The notes under the pieces were generated by a model, which was given only the letters and a program-made list of their open reading frames with translations, was not told where the DNA came from and did not search any database. Below, piece by piece: positions 29,443 to 38,973 of a stretch of DNA of 64,000 bases. Each line of letters begins with the position of its first letter. Within the stretch, counting starts at the first letter, position 1. The DNA is from Candidatus Aenigmatarchaeota archaeon. GTDB taxonomy: Archaea; Aenigmatarchaeota; Aenigmatarchaeia; Aenigmatarchaeales; JACQIB01. Location of the stretch: contig JAZDNN010000024.1 in the NCBI GenBank assembly GCA_043799675.1, positions 32,412 to 96,411 on the forward strand. The letters are read 5' to 3'. A program made the position numbers and the translations under genes.

Positions 29443-30189
29443 CTATTTTGAGGTCTTAACCGCTTTTTTTGCGGCGCAGACCCCGAGGTCATGCCTGAGC
29501 GAGGGCCCGCCCGCATCCGCATCGAAGCACCCCCCGTCGGAGTGCCAAGTCGACCTGACGGAAGCCACTTCAACCGGGATTAAGGCTTCTGTTTCGATTT
29601 CTACTATATCCAGTTTGTTGTCTTTCATCCTGTAAGAAGCCGCTTTCTGTTTGGCCAGCTTTTGGATGACCTCAAGATTATGATTCCAGTAATCGTCCAT
29701 CGTTGCCTTGTATTCCTTGTCGGAATTCATCAGTTCAGCCGACTCCTGTGCCTTGAAGTGTCTTACTCCAAAGTCCAGCTTGAACTCCTCGGGTATTCTC
29801 TGATAGACCAGTTCCTGGATTATCCTGTCCGCATTGGCGATGAACCCTTTGCGTTTATAGTCCCTGAACTTTCCTGCGTCCCCTTTGGCCATCAGGAGCG
29901 CATAGCCTTTCTTTTCAAGGTCCTTTTCCAGCCTCTTTCCGTCAATTATGGCCAATATTTCATCGACCTCTCCCAACCTTTCTTTTACAGAAAAATCATC
30001 ATCAAATATTACAGAGCCATTGTAAGCGGCCAGCTTCGAATCATACGCGCCTGCTGCACGCAGATAATCGAGAACACAGCCTTCAACAGTTACAGGCACG
30101 GCTTTTCCCGTGAACCTGAATTCCCCGTCGATAATCCTCACTTCAGGCTCGGGCATCACGACCGTTGTTATTTTGCTCATGATAATCAT
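29443..30189 (-). CDS. DGR target protein 1 (C-terminal VR)
   Basis: C-terminus ASVRSTWHSDGGCFDADAGGPSLRHDLGVCA is encoded by VR1. Confidence 0.9.
   Translation of the reverse strand: MIIMSKITTVVMPEPEVRIIDGEFRFTGKAVPVTVEGCVLDYLRAAGAYDSKLAAYNGSVIFDDDFSVKERLGEVDEILAIIDGKRLEKDLEKKGYALLMAKGDAGKFRDYKRKGFIANADRIIQELVYQRIPEEFKLDFGVRHFKAQESAELMNSDKEYKATMDDYWNHNLEVIQKLAKQKAASYRMKDNKLDIVEIETEALIPVEVASVRSTWHSDGGCFDADAGGPSLRHDLGVCAAKKAVKTSK
29473..29564 (-). repeat. DGR variable repeat VR1
   Basis: 92 nt; 16 mismatches to the spliced TR, 14 at TR adenines (manual count). Confidence 0.9.
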
Positions 30190-30192
30190 TCT

Positions 30193-30918
30193 TCAGAAGT
30201 GCTTCTTCACGACTTCGAGGTCTTTCATCAAAGCGTCATATTTCTTTGACTTTTCCAGAAGCTCCCGGTATTCGCTCTCCGCGACCTCGCACATCTTCGG
30301 AAGCTCGGCCTTCTCGTCCGTTTTAAGGAGGGCGCAGACCCCGTCGTCAGCCCAGTGCGAGGGCCTGCCCGCAGTCGCATTGAAGCACCCCTCGCCCGTG
30401 GTCCAAGCCGACCTGACGGAAGCTTCACCGTTTTCAAACGAGATGCTTCCCCTCCAGACCTTCTTTTTCGGTTTCTTGAACAGCCCGGCATTCACGAGTG
30501 TATCAAAGACGTCCGATTTGCTTATCCCGGCCCTTGTTCTTTTGCCGTCATATTTGAGTTCACCGTTCACTTCCTTCACGACGGGGTCGGCTATTATCTC
30601 GCCCTTCTCAAGGGCGACTTCCCTGTTGTGCAACCAATAATCAATATTCATTTTCTTGAACGACTTGTCCTCGTGCACCAAATCGTAAGAAACCTGCAAC
30701 GGCAGGAGCGTGTAGCGCTCGCCGACCTTCTTTGATACTTCCTGACCGAGAAGCGTCATCTGCCTGTGGTCGAGGTTCGCCACGAGGCCATTGCCTTTGT
30801 AGTCGTTGTGCCCTTCGGCAGGACTTCCCTTCCATTTCGGGAAATACACCGTTTCCTTGCCCGTGGGCGGCACTATCTTTCCCGCTATCTCATGGACGAT
30901 TTCGGCCTGTGTTACCAT
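30193..30918 (-). CDS. DGR target protein 2
   Basis: Contains VR2 (ASVRSAWTTGEGCFNATAGRPSHWADDGVCA) followed by a ~40-aa helical tail. Confidence 0.9.
   Translation of the reverse strand: MVTQAEIVHEIAGKIVPPTGKETVYFPKWKGSPAEGHNDYKGNGLVANLDHRQMTLLGQEVSKKVGERYTLLPLQVSYDLVHEDKSFKKMNIDYWLHNREVALEKGEIIADPVVKEVNGELKYDGKRTRAGISKSDVFDTLVNAGLFKKPKKKVWRGSISFENGEASVRSAWTTGEGCFNATAGRPSHWADDGVCALLKTDEKAELPKMCEVAESEYRELLEKSKKYDALMKDLEVVKKHF
30331..30422 (-). repeat. DGR variable repeat VR2
   Basis: 92 nt; 11 mismatches to the spliced TR, all at TR adenines (manual count). Confidence 0.93.
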
Positions 30919-30978
30919 GAGGACAATACCACCGCAAAGGATTTAAGCGGAAGACTGAACGTAAACGGCTTGAACTAC

Positions 30979-31701
30979 TCAATCGCCGCATTCGTCCAAA
31001 GCCGCTTTCCTAAAATCCAACGATTTAGGAGGGTCCTTCAGAAACTGTTGATATTCGCTCTCCGCAATCTTGCGCACCTTCGGCTTCTCAACGGCCTTGC
31101 CCGTTTTCACGAAGGCGACAACCCCGCGGTCAGGCCCGGAGGAGGGCCAAGACGCACCCACAGCGAAGCACCCAAAACGGTTTCCCGACTTGACGGAAGA
31201 AATGCCGTCATTCTCGTAAATGATGCCCCAATCACAGACGTTGTGATTGAGCTGCTTGAACAGTTTTGCGCTGGCAAGCGTCTTTATCACGGACTCTGCG
31301 TCAATGTTCGCCTTTACGCTCCTGCAACCATCATTGAGCCTGAGCTCGCCGTCGACTTCGCTGACAATCGGGACGGAAATAACATCCCCGTTTCTCCGTA
31401 TGACTTCCCTGTTGATTATCTTATAATCGGCCATCATTTTCTTGAAACTTCTGTCATTATGCACCAAATCATAACTCGTCTGAAACGGAAGTTCGGCATA
31501 ACGCTCGCCCACTTTCTCGGATATCATCTGACCCAAGAACACGGACTGCCACTTATCGAGAGTCGCAACAAAACCCTTACCGTAACGATCGTTGCGTCCT
31601 TCTATCGGACTTCCCTTCCACTTCGGAAAATACGCCGTTTCCTTGCCGGTAGGCATCCTAATCTTGTCCAAAATTTCATAGACGATTTCAGCTTCACCCA
31701 T
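30979..31701 (-). CDS. Paralog of DGR target 2 with degenerate VR
   Basis: Shared PTGKET.YFPKWKGSP.EG and GERY..LP.Q.SYDLVH.D.SFKKM; VR-like segment at 31114-31199. Confidence 0.85.
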   Translation of the reverse strand: MGEAEIVYEILDKIRMPTGKETAYFPKWKGSPIEGRNDRYGKGFVATLDKWQSVFLGQMISEKVGERYAELPFQTSYDLVHNDRSFKKMMADYKIINREVIRRNGDVISVPIVSEVDGELRLNDGCRSVKANIDAESVIKTLASAKLFKQLNHNVCDWGIIYENDGISSVKSGNRFGCFAVGASWPSSGPDRGVVAFVKTGKAVEKPKVRKIAESEYQQFLKDPPKSLDFRKAALDECGD

Positions 31702-31777
31702 TATAACTAACTAGTGGTGATAGTATTTAAGGTTTCTTTTTGGGCTGGTTTATAAACCTCGGAGCAGAAAGTGGCAC

Positions 31778-32062
31778 ATGCCAATCTCGGGAGCACCGTA
31801 CACGCGGCAATGGGAGCACCACAAGGGGCGGGGACACGAATCCTCGGTCACATGCGGCTACTGCGGAAGGCTTGTGCCTCGGTACAAGACGTTCACCAAG
31901 TTCAGGGGCTTCAGAATCACCGATCCCACGATACTTCAGGCGGTGGACAGGCAGTTCATCCACACCTTCAGCCAGAAGATATACGTCTGCCCGAGCTGCG
32001 CGCGGTCCCACAAGATAGTGCAGAGAGGCAAAACGAAGCAGAAAAGCCACATGTTCAGATAG
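31778..32062 (+). CDS. rps26e: 30S ribosomal protein S26e
   Basis: KGRG....V.C..CGR.VPR.K ... Y.C.SCA...KIV pattern. Confidence 0.8.
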   Translation: MPISGAPYTRQWEHHKGRGHESSVTCGYCGRLVPRYKTFTKFRGFRITDPTILQAVDRQFIHTFSQKIYVCPSCARSHKIVQRGKTKQKSHMFR

Positions 32063-32102
32063 GATTAAAAAGAACGGTTTCTATATACTGGAGCAGATAG
32101 AT

Positions 32103-32429
32103 ATGAAAGTCATCGAAATACAACCGACGACCATGGCGGAGGCCAAGGAGATAGTGCTCGCGAAGGAGAAGGACAAGGAGCTGGGCTACGAGCAGAAGCT
32201 CGCGGCGGAGCACCTGAAGAAGTTCACCAAGCTGAAGCGCGAGGATGCCAAGAAGTTCATGAACGAGCTGACTTCCGTGCTGAAGGCCTCGCCCGAGACG
32301 CTGGTGACCATAGCGAACGTCCTCCCGCAAACCACCGATGAGGTACGGCTGATTTTTGCCAGAGAGAAGTTCAGCGTGAAGGAAGACGAGATTTCCAAGA
32401 TACTGGAGATAGTCAAGAAGTTTGTTTGA
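32103..32429 (+). CDS. rpo4: RNA polymerase subunit Rpo4 (F)
   Basis: LGYEQK.A.EHL.KF.K, IAN.LP...EVR.IF; upstream of DUF655. Confidence 0.92.
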   Translation: MKVIEIQPTTMAEAKEIVLAKEKDKELGYEQKLAAEHLKKFTKLKREDAKKFMNELTSVLKASPETLVTIANVLPQTTDEVRLIFAREKFSVKEDEISKILEIVKKFV

Positions 32430-32438
32430 GGGTTTTCT

Positions 32439-33011
32439 GTGGAAAGAGACGAATGGGCCGTAGTTCTAGACTTCCTACCTAAGGGAAAAGCATCCGGCAA
32501 GCCTGAGCCATTGGCACAAGTGCTCGGTACCTTCCGATTCGGCCTGCTGGAAGTGGTGGTAAGGGAAGGGGTCATACTCAAGCCGGGCGAGAGGCTGTAC
32601 ATCGGGGAACAGGAAAGGAAGGAAGTGGACCACATCAAGCGGAGGATAGCCTCCAACGAGCTGACCTCCTTTGCCCGCAATGACCTGCCGTTCGCGGTGG
32701 AAAAGATAGTCAGGGCGGAAGAGGCGAGGTTCGTGGACTTCTTCAACAAGGCCACTTCCATCTCCGTCAGGACCCATCAGCTCGAGCTGCTTCCGGGAGT
32801 CGGAAAGAAGCACATGTGGGACATAATCAACGAGAGGAAGAAGGGGCCGTTCAAGAGCTGGGACGACATCAAGAGCAGGATAAGCCTGCTGCCGGATCCT
32901 GCCAAGCTCATAGTCCAGAGGATTCTCAAGGAGATAGACAACGACGACGAACGGTTCAGGATATTCGTGGTCGGGCCGCCGAGGCCCGAGGACAGATGGG
33001 GCAGACGCTAG
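32439..33011 (+). CDS. DUF655 family putative RNA-binding protein
   Basis: VLDFLP.G, LLEV, FFN.A..I..R.HQLELLPG.GKK. Confidence 0.92.
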   Translation: MERDEWAVVLDFLPKGKASGKPEPLAQVLGTFRFGLLEVVVREGVILKPGERLYIGEQERKEVDHIKRRIASNELTSFARNDLPFAVEKIVRAEEARFVDFFNKATSISVRTHQLELLPGVGKKHMWDIINERKKGPFKSWDDIKSRISLLPDPAKLIVQRILKEIDNDDERFRIFVVGPPRPEDRWGRR

Positions 33012-33018
33012 TGATTTT

Positions 33019-33777
33019 GTGCCAAGAAAGCTCGGCCAGCATTTCCTGAAGTATCCGGAGATAGCGGAGCGGATGGCTGCGCTGGCCATAGTCGATGATT
33101 GTGATATCGTTCTTGAGATTGGACCGGGCCATGGAGAGCTGACCCAGGTTCTTGCCTCCAAGGCCAAAAAAGTGATTGCGATAGAGAAGGACAAGATGCT
33201 TGCCGAGGCACTGGAAGGCAAATTGAGCAATGTCGAGGTGATTGCCGGGGATGCGGTAAAGCTCGAATGGCCGCACTTTGACAAGCTTGTGGCGAACCTG
33301 CCATACGAAATAAGCAGCCCGGTGATGGAGAAATTGTTCGAGAGGAAGCACTGGAAGGTCGCTGTGCTGATGCTGCAGAAGGAGTTTGCGAAAAGGCTGA
33401 CTGCGAAGGAAGGGAGCGAGGAGTGGAGCAGGCTCGGGATGGCTGCCAGTTATTACGTTGACGCGAAGCTGATTGCGAAGGTCGGGCGGGGGGCGTTCAG
33501 GCCCATGCCCAAGGTCGAGAGCGCGATAGTGCTGATGAAGCCCAGGGAGCACCCGTTCAAGACGGACAGCCTGTTCTGGCTGGTGACAGGGAAGCTGTGG
33601 CAGCACCGGAAGAAGCAAGTCAGAGCTGCATTGAAGCACCTCGGCAGGTACGACGGCTGCGGCGTCGGGATAGATTTTGTGCCTCACGGGATTGCGGAGA
33701 AGAGGGTGGAAAGATGCTCACTTGAGGACTTCAGGCTGATTGTTGACACGCTGAGGGAACACCTGGGGAGCGGTTGA
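33019..33777 (+). CDS. rsmA: 16S rRNA adenine dimethyltransferase (KsgA/RsmA)
   Basis: LGQHFL, LEIGPG.G.LT, NLPY.ISS, F.P.PKVES. Confidence 0.95.
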   Translation: MPRKLGQHFLKYPEIAERMAALAIVDDCDIVLEIGPGHGELTQVLASKAKKVIAIEKDKMLAEALEGKLSNVEVIAGDAVKLEWPHFDKLVANLPYEISSPVMEKLFERKHWKVAVLMLQKEFAKRLTAKEGSEEWSRLGMAASYYVDAKLIAKVGRGAFRPMPKVESAIVLMKPREHPFKTDSLFWLVTGKLWQHRKKQVRAALKHLGRYDGCGVGIDFVPHGIAEKRVERCSLEDFRLIVDTLREHLGSG

Positions 33778-34020
33778 ATGGACCTGACCAACGAGAGCTA
33801 TGTTATTCTGATACACACCAAAACGGCCACCGAGCGGTACTACCGGGACAGACAGGGTTGGGTGAAGGTAAGCACCAGAGACAGAAAGTTCCGGGCGACC
33901 GCGGAGCAGGTCCTGAACCACCTGCTGCCCGCGCTGGCCGGACTCAAACCGAACGTGACGGTCGAGGTGAAACACCGCGAGGCAAGGGGCACAAGCCCGA
34001 GGGCAATCGGAAGCGGTTGA
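33778..34020 (+). CDS. Hypothetical protein
   Basis: ORF abutting rsmA. Confidence 0.55.
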   Translation: MDLTNESYVILIHTKTATERYYRDRQGWVKVSTRDRKFRATAEQVLNHLLPALAGLKPNVTVEVKHREARGTSPRAIGSG

Positions 34021-34116
34021 CTGCAATTGTCGACAACGGTTTCGTCAATCTGCGTTTTTAACAGACGCGAAAAAGGCTTTTAAATGGGCGAATGGAATCT
34101 AGCGCAAGGTGAACCA

Positions 34117-34308
34117 ATGAAATACGACCTATACTTCGTCGTGAAGCTGTTGACCATAATCGGTGCCATACTCTGGCTACCGTTGGCCTTCGGCTACAAT
34201 GTGATAGGGACCTTATTCAGCGCCATACCGGTGCTCGTCCAAGCGATATATGTTATCATCGGATTGTGCGGTCTCTACAAGCTGTACCTGCTCTTTACAA
34301 AGAAGTAG
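34117..34308 (+). CDS. Small membrane protein (DUF378-like)
   Basis: L.IIGA..W....FG.N.I..LF....IY.IIGL.GLY pattern. Confidence 0.65.
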   Translation: MKYDLYFVVKLLTIIGAILWLPLAFGYNVIGTLFSAIPVLVQAIYVIIGLCGLYKLYLLFTKK

Positions 34309-34335
34309 GTGCGGAATTTCCTTTTTATTCTTTTG

Positions 34336-35136
34336 TCATTCAGGTGCAGACGGGGGAATGGCGTACAAGGTTGACAGTTCCGCAGGCTTCTTTCCGGTGA
34401 GCTGGCCGACTATCTCAACGTAAGCGTCGTATTGGGCATCCACCTTTTCCTTCGGCCTCCGCTTCGGATCGTAGCTGCCGTTCTCTATCTTCACCACCGG
34501 AGCGCCGAAGCCGAGCTTTCGTGCAAGCAGAGGCATCGCGACGTCGAAGCCCCAGCGCCTGTTGTAATTCCTTATCATCGGCTGGTCAAGCAGGGTTGCC
34601 ATGGCCTTCCGGCTGTAAAGCTGGCTGCCAGCGGAAGGGGGATCGAACTCGGTCAGGCCGAATTCCTCCTTCAGTATCCTGAGCATGTCCTCCCTGCGGT
34701 CGACCTCATGGGAATTCTCCGCCCTGCTTATCTCCCTCCACCTGATTCCTGCAACCGCATCGGCGCCGTTCACTACGAACGGCATTAACCTCTCAAACAC
34801 GGTCTGCTGGTTGAAATCCGCATCGAGATCGGTCTTCAGGAAATAGTCCGGGTTGAACTGTGAAAGTATCCTGATGTACGCATCGTGGACGGTCCTTGCG
34901 ATGCCCAGGTTCTTTTCGTTCCGGTAGGGAATCGCGGGCAGTTCGTAATCGGCACAACAACGCACCATCACATCGTAGGTGCCGTCGGTACTTCCGTCAT
35001 CTATCGGGAACAGCTTGAATGAATTATCATAAAGCCTACGAAACTCATCTATCCCGTCCTTTATGTTTGCAAAGGGTTTCTTCAACCCGTCCGCCTCGTT
35101 GAAAGCGGGAAGCACGACGGCAACGGTCTTCGGCAT
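34336..35136 (-). CDS. Glycosyltransferase family 2
   Basis: VLPAFNEA, DDGSTD.T, N.G, DxD. Confidence 0.9.
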   Translation of the reverse strand: MPKTVAVVLPAFNEADGLKKPFANIKDGIDEFRRLYDNSFKLFPIDDGSTDGTYDVMVRCCADYELPAIPYRNEKNLGIARTVHDAYIRILSQFNPDYFLKTDLDADFNQQTVFERLMPFVVNGADAVAGIRWREISRAENSHEVDRREDMLRILKEEFGLTEFDPPSAGSQLYSRKAMATLLDQPMIRNYNRRWGFDVAMPLLARKLGFGAPVVKIENGSYDPKRRPKEKVDAQYDAYVEIVGQLTGKKPAELSTLYAIPPSAPE

Positions 35137-35238
35137 GCACGTAAATGACCCGCAGACCCTTTAAATATAACTACTTGTTAGGAATATCTTTATATATCAC
35201 TTCGACATATATGTTGTTACAACTGTTTTGGTGCATAC

Positions 35239-35601
35239 ATGACGAACATGAAACTTCCGTTAACGAAACCCGTGTTTGAACCGTTCTTCGGCCTTGTGAG
35301 ACCGAAGCAGCCGCTGTTCAACATAGGCGGCACCGATTACAGGCAGATAACGCCGAAGAGGCCGATGGTCATACGGAAGGGATACAGCGTGAAGAGCTGC
35401 TTCTACTACCGCGGGACAAAGACCTGCATGGGCGTGCAATGCTACTGGCCGAAGGTAGGAACATGCTCATTATACGACAGGCTGTATGCAAACACGAAGG
35501 GCGGAAGGATTGCGGCGATAAAGACCGACAGAATAAAGTTAATCAGGGCGAAACGTGCCAGGATGAAGGGCAGGCCCGCGAAGCCGTGGGGGAAGTCCTG
35601 A
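35239..35601 (+). CDS. Small basic Cys-containing protein
   Basis: KRP.V.RKG..V..C....GTK.C....C.WP..G.CS motif shared with next ORF. Confidence 0.65.
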   Translation: MTNMKLPLTKPVFEPFFGLVRPKQPLFNIGGTDYRQITPKRPMVIRKGYSVKSCFYYRGTKTCMGVQCYWPKVGTCSLYDRLYANTKGGRIAAIKTDRIKLIRAKRARMKGRPAKPWGKS

Positions 35602-35852
35602 TGCCGGTGCTCCGCCCGACCCCAAGAAGGCCGGAGCCGCGCTGCCCGACATTCATGCCGATGATAATCAGGGCCGGGGAATACAACAAGCTGGATTTCA
35701 AGAGACCCGCGGTGTTGAGGAAGGGAAACGACGTGATAACATGCTATCTCTGGGAAGGGACCAAGCAGTGCCTGAAGGATGCGTGCTTCTGGCCGAGGTC
35801 AGGGAAGTGCAGCATTTTCAGCAAGATAGTCAAGAACGGCAAGAAGAACTGA
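35601..35852 (+). CDS. Small basic Cys-containing protein (tandem paralog)
   Basis: Stop/start overlap with previous ORF; same four-Cys motif. Confidence 0.65.
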   Translation: MPVLRPTPRRPEPRCPTFMPMIIRAGEYNKLDFKRPAVLRKGNDVITCYLWEGTKQCLKDACFWPRSGKCSIFSKIVKNGKKN

Positions 35853-36944
35853 TTATAACAATAATTTCTTCAGTTCCTCGTAGCCTGCATCCGTCTTTAT
35901 CGCCGTGCAATCGAAATGGGTGCGGACAGCCAGCCTTCCGCTTTCATGCAACCTGAGCATCACATCTTCCGTGCCCTTTGCGGGCACCTTGAGCTTCGAA
36001 GCCAGAACGTGCAGGTCCCAGTAGAAGGGAGGGGCATCAGCCTCTTCCATAATCTGGGAAAGCATCTTCGCCTCTGCCGGTTTTTGTTTGAAGTCCCTGC
36101 CTTTGATATCATCGAGGACTTCATTGACGAATACCTTGTCCTGTATCGGACCCAGATAGATGGGGCCGGCGAACTGCCAGTTTTCAATGGGTTGTGAACC
36201 TGTGCGATATTCGCCTGTCTTTGGATTGTAACTCACGAATTTGAACTTCTTCAGCAGACCTTCTATCTCGCCTGCATGCCCGATCCTTCCGTAGCAACGG
36301 AAATAATGGCGCGTGGAATGGGAAAGCACCGGAACAAAAGCCCTGTCCCGGCGGGCGAACGTGAGGATTATGAACGAAACGAGGGTCCTCAGTCCCAATT
36401 CGGAATAGAACGGCGCGCCCTTGAAGGTGACGATGCCGTACTTGCGGAAACAGGCGGCCGGGGCGGAGCCGCTCAGCGGGGCGGTGTCGGTGGCAGTGAC
36501 GGCCACGAAGCCCTTGTGCCAGACGCTGCGTGCAGCACCATCCAGGAAAAGATTGGGGGAACCGAACGGGTCGATGTCGATGAAATCGAACAGACGGTCA
36601 TGGAACAGCCTGTTCGCATCAACACAGGACGTCCTGCATCTTTTCTGAAGTTTGTTGAGCGTGATGTTCTTTTTGATTACTTTGACCGCGAACGGGTTCT
36701 TGTCGTTCAGCACTACCTCCTTCAGTCCTTCGACTTCGGCTGCATAGCGGAGGCCGCGCATCCCGGCGGCTGCCAATGCGTCACAGACCGTGAGCTTCTG
36801 CCTGCTGATTCTCTGCCAGGTCTGAAGGACGGAAATCGAGATGTCGCGCTGGAACTCGGCCGCGGGATTGTAGAACGCGCCCTTGCCGAGCGCAGGGGAG
36901 GCCCAGACTTCGACCTTCCCTTCCCGGACTTTCTCAACACTCAT
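35853..36944 (-). CDS. trm1: tRNA (guanine-26-N2)-dimethyltransferase
   Basis: FYNP....RD, DAL.A.G.RG.RY, DIDPFGSP, VTATDTA, E.GLR, RTHF...IKTDA. Confidence 0.95.
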   Translation of the reverse strand: MSVEKVREGKVEVWASPALGKGAFYNPAAEFQRDISISVLQTWQRISRQKLTVCDALAAAGMRGLRYAAEVEGLKEVVLNDKNPFAVKVIKKNITLNKLQKRCRTSCVDANRLFHDRLFDFIDIDPFGSPNLFLDGAARSVWHKGFVAVTATDTAPLSGSAPAACFRKYGIVTFKGAPFYSELGLRTLVSFIILTFARRDRAFVPVLSHSTRHYFRCYGRIGHAGEIEGLLKKFKFVSYNPKTGEYRTGSQPIENWQFAGPIYLGPIQDKVFVNEVLDDIKGRDFKQKPAEAKMLSQIMEEADAPPFYWDLHVLASKLKVPAKGTEDVMLRLHESGRLAVRTHFDCTAIKTDAGYEELKKLLL

Positions 36945-37141
36945 ATGCCCACCAGAATCTTCCTGGCACCCTTCCTCTCAATTCTGGATTCCATGACATG
37001 CGAGAGGAAGCTCAGCAACCAGCAGGCAAGTGCAAGATAAGCGAACAAAAAATCGGAACTGCCTATCGCCATTACCGTGAAAACCGCTATGCCGTAGAAA
37101 CCTATATGTTCCAGCAGACCGAACAACCTGACCGCTTGCAT
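36941..37141 (-). CDS. Small membrane protein
   Basis: Two hydrophobic segments; ATGA overlap with trm1. Confidence 0.5.
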   Translation of the reverse strand: MQAVRLFGLLEHIGFYGIAVFTVMAIGSSDFLFAYLALACWLLSFLSHVMESRIERKGARKILVGI

Positions 37142-37201
37142 ATTACGATTGACGTAGGGACACCTTATAACTATAAAAGGATGTGCACGCGTCAGTTGCG
37201 C

Positions 37202-38221
37202 ATGCCCGTGGACTTCCTGAAAGTTCTGGCGGAGAAGAAGAACTTCGTCTGGCCGGAGCTGCAGAGCTATCTGCCGAAAGACGGCTGCCTGCACAGCAGG
37301 ATGATCAGGGACTATCCGGAAAGGGGAGGAAAATACGTGCGTTCGGGCCTGGTGATGCTCGCCTGCGAGGCGTTCGGCGGGGACCCGAAGAAGGCGATAA
37401 AGACGGCGGCGGCGATGGAAGCCAGCCAGAACTGGATACTGATTCATGACGACATAGAGGATGATTCCGACGACAGGAGAGGGAAGCCAACGCTGCACAA
37501 GATGTACGGAAGCGAGCTGGCAATCAATGCGGGCGATGCCCTTCATGTGCTCCAATGGAAGATGCTGGCCGACAACCGCCAGGTGCTCGGGGACGCGATG
37601 ATGTGCAAAGTGCTCAATGAATTTTACAGCATCCTGGAAAGGACCACGCTGGGCCAGACCATCGAGATGGAATGGATAAAGAGCAACAACTTCAATTTCA
37701 CCGAAAAGGACTACTACGTCATAAGCGATTCCAAGACAGGACTTTATACGATAACCGGGCCGATGAGGCTGGGCGCGATAATCGCGGGGGCCCAGGAACA
37801 TGAAATGGTCGCATTGGGAAAGTTCGGCATCCCGTTCGGGCGGGCGTTCCAGATACAGGACGACGTATTGAATCTGACAGCCGAACAGGCGAAGTACGGG
37901 AAGGAAATCGGCGGAGACATCCTTGAGGGAAAGAGGACGCTGATGGTGGCACATCTTCTTGCCAACACCGACGGGCATGAAAAGCAAAAGGTGATTGAGA
38001 TTTTCTCGAAGCCGCGCCAGCAGAAGACGCAGGAAGAGACGAAATGGGTGCTGGACATGATGAGAAGGAAAGGTAGCATAGATTTCGGGAAGCGGAAGAG
38101 CCTGGAATTCGCAAGGGAAGCGGAACAAATCTTTGACAGGGAGATGGGGTTCCTGAAGGACAGCCCTGCAAAGGAAGCGCTAAGGGCGGGAATAGAATTC
38201 GTGGTCAAACGCGACCTTTAG
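37202..38221 (+). CDS. Polyprenyl (geranylgeranyl) diphosphate synthase
   Basis: GGK..R, IHDDIED...RRG, GQ, KT, FQIQDD, DI.EGK.T. Confidence 0.95.
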   Translation: MPVDFLKVLAEKKNFVWPELQSYLPKDGCLHSRMIRDYPERGGKYVRSGLVMLACEAFGGDPKKAIKTAAAMEASQNWILIHDDIEDDSDDRRGKPTLHKMYGSELAINAGDALHVLQWKMLADNRQVLGDAMMCKVLNEFYSILERTTLGQTIEMEWIKSNNFNFTEKDYYVISDSKTGLYTITGPMRLGAIIAGAQEHEMVALGKFGIPFGRAFQIQDDVLNLTAEQAKYGKEIGGDILEGKRTLMVAHLLANTDGHEKQKVIEIFSKPRQQKTQEETKWVLDMMRRKGSIDFGKRKSLEFAREAEQIFDREMGFLKDSPAKEALRAGIEFVVKRDL

Positions 38222-38288
38222 CCGCCTTTTAAGCGTGATTTTTTTAATACGGCAATCGGTGAATAAGGCAATTGTCGCGGTCTGCGTT

Positions 38289-38942
38289 ATGTATGGAAAG
38301 GACGTGGATGTTGTGATGCCGAACCGGTCGATTCCGAATATGATTGGACGAAGTATTGCTTTCACGGACTGCACCGACATGTACATGGACGAGGTGAGGC
38401 CGCTGGCGGAAAGGTTCGGTCTTTACGGGGCGTACATGGAATCCAAGTCCAATCTTGACGGAAAGAAACTGAAGAAATACTCGATGCTTCTGCAAGGGCA
38501 CAGCCTCGGCGAGGTGGAAGGCATGATGACCGCCGAACCGTTCGAGGGCGCCAGGGGCGTCATACACGCCCTGAAGAACTCGGGCTACGAGGTGCATGTG
38601 ATAAGCGACAACCCGCTGCTTACCCTCCCCGGGGCGTCCAAGAAGCTGTACCAGCTCGGTATAGGATACATCCATCCGACCATCAAGCTGGACGTCAGGA
38701 ACGGCTGTTTCACCGGCTATCTGGACAGCTACAGGCCGAAGGAGGAGATAGTGATGGAAGTGGTGAGAAAGATGCAGCCCGACCGCATTATCGGGATAGG
38801 GCACGCGAACAACGACAGGGACATGCTGGAAATCGTGAAGGATCTTGAGGGGACCACGATAGCCATCGGGAAAGAACTCGAAGCCGACCACAACGTGAAT
38901 GATCTGGACGAGCTCGCCCGCCTGATTCCGATGCTCCCATGA
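38289..38942 (+). CDS. HAD-superfamily hydrolase-like (phosphoserine-phosphatase-like, degenerate motifs)
   Basis: FTDCTD, ISD, K, GHANND. Confidence 0.6.
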   Translation: MYGKDVDVVMPNRSIPNMIGRSIAFTDCTDMYMDEVRPLAERFGLYGAYMESKSNLDGKKLKKYSMLLQGHSLGEVEGMMTAEPFEGARGVIHALKNSGYEVHVISDNPLLTLPGASKKLYQLGIGYIHPTIKLDVRNGCFTGYLDSYRPKEEIVMEVVRKMQPDRIIGIGHANNDRDMLEIVKDLEGTTIAIGKELEADHNVNDLDELARLIPMLP

Positions 38943-38973
38943 ACTTTTAAACACCGCAAAGCATCTGCAGCGT

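Noticed and set aside
29007..29635. ORFs 29007-29573, 29044-29226 and 29225-29635 as genes (e.g. avd)
   Set aside because: They overlap the TR, its leader and target 1, have atypical composition, and do not resemble the Avd four-helix bundle.
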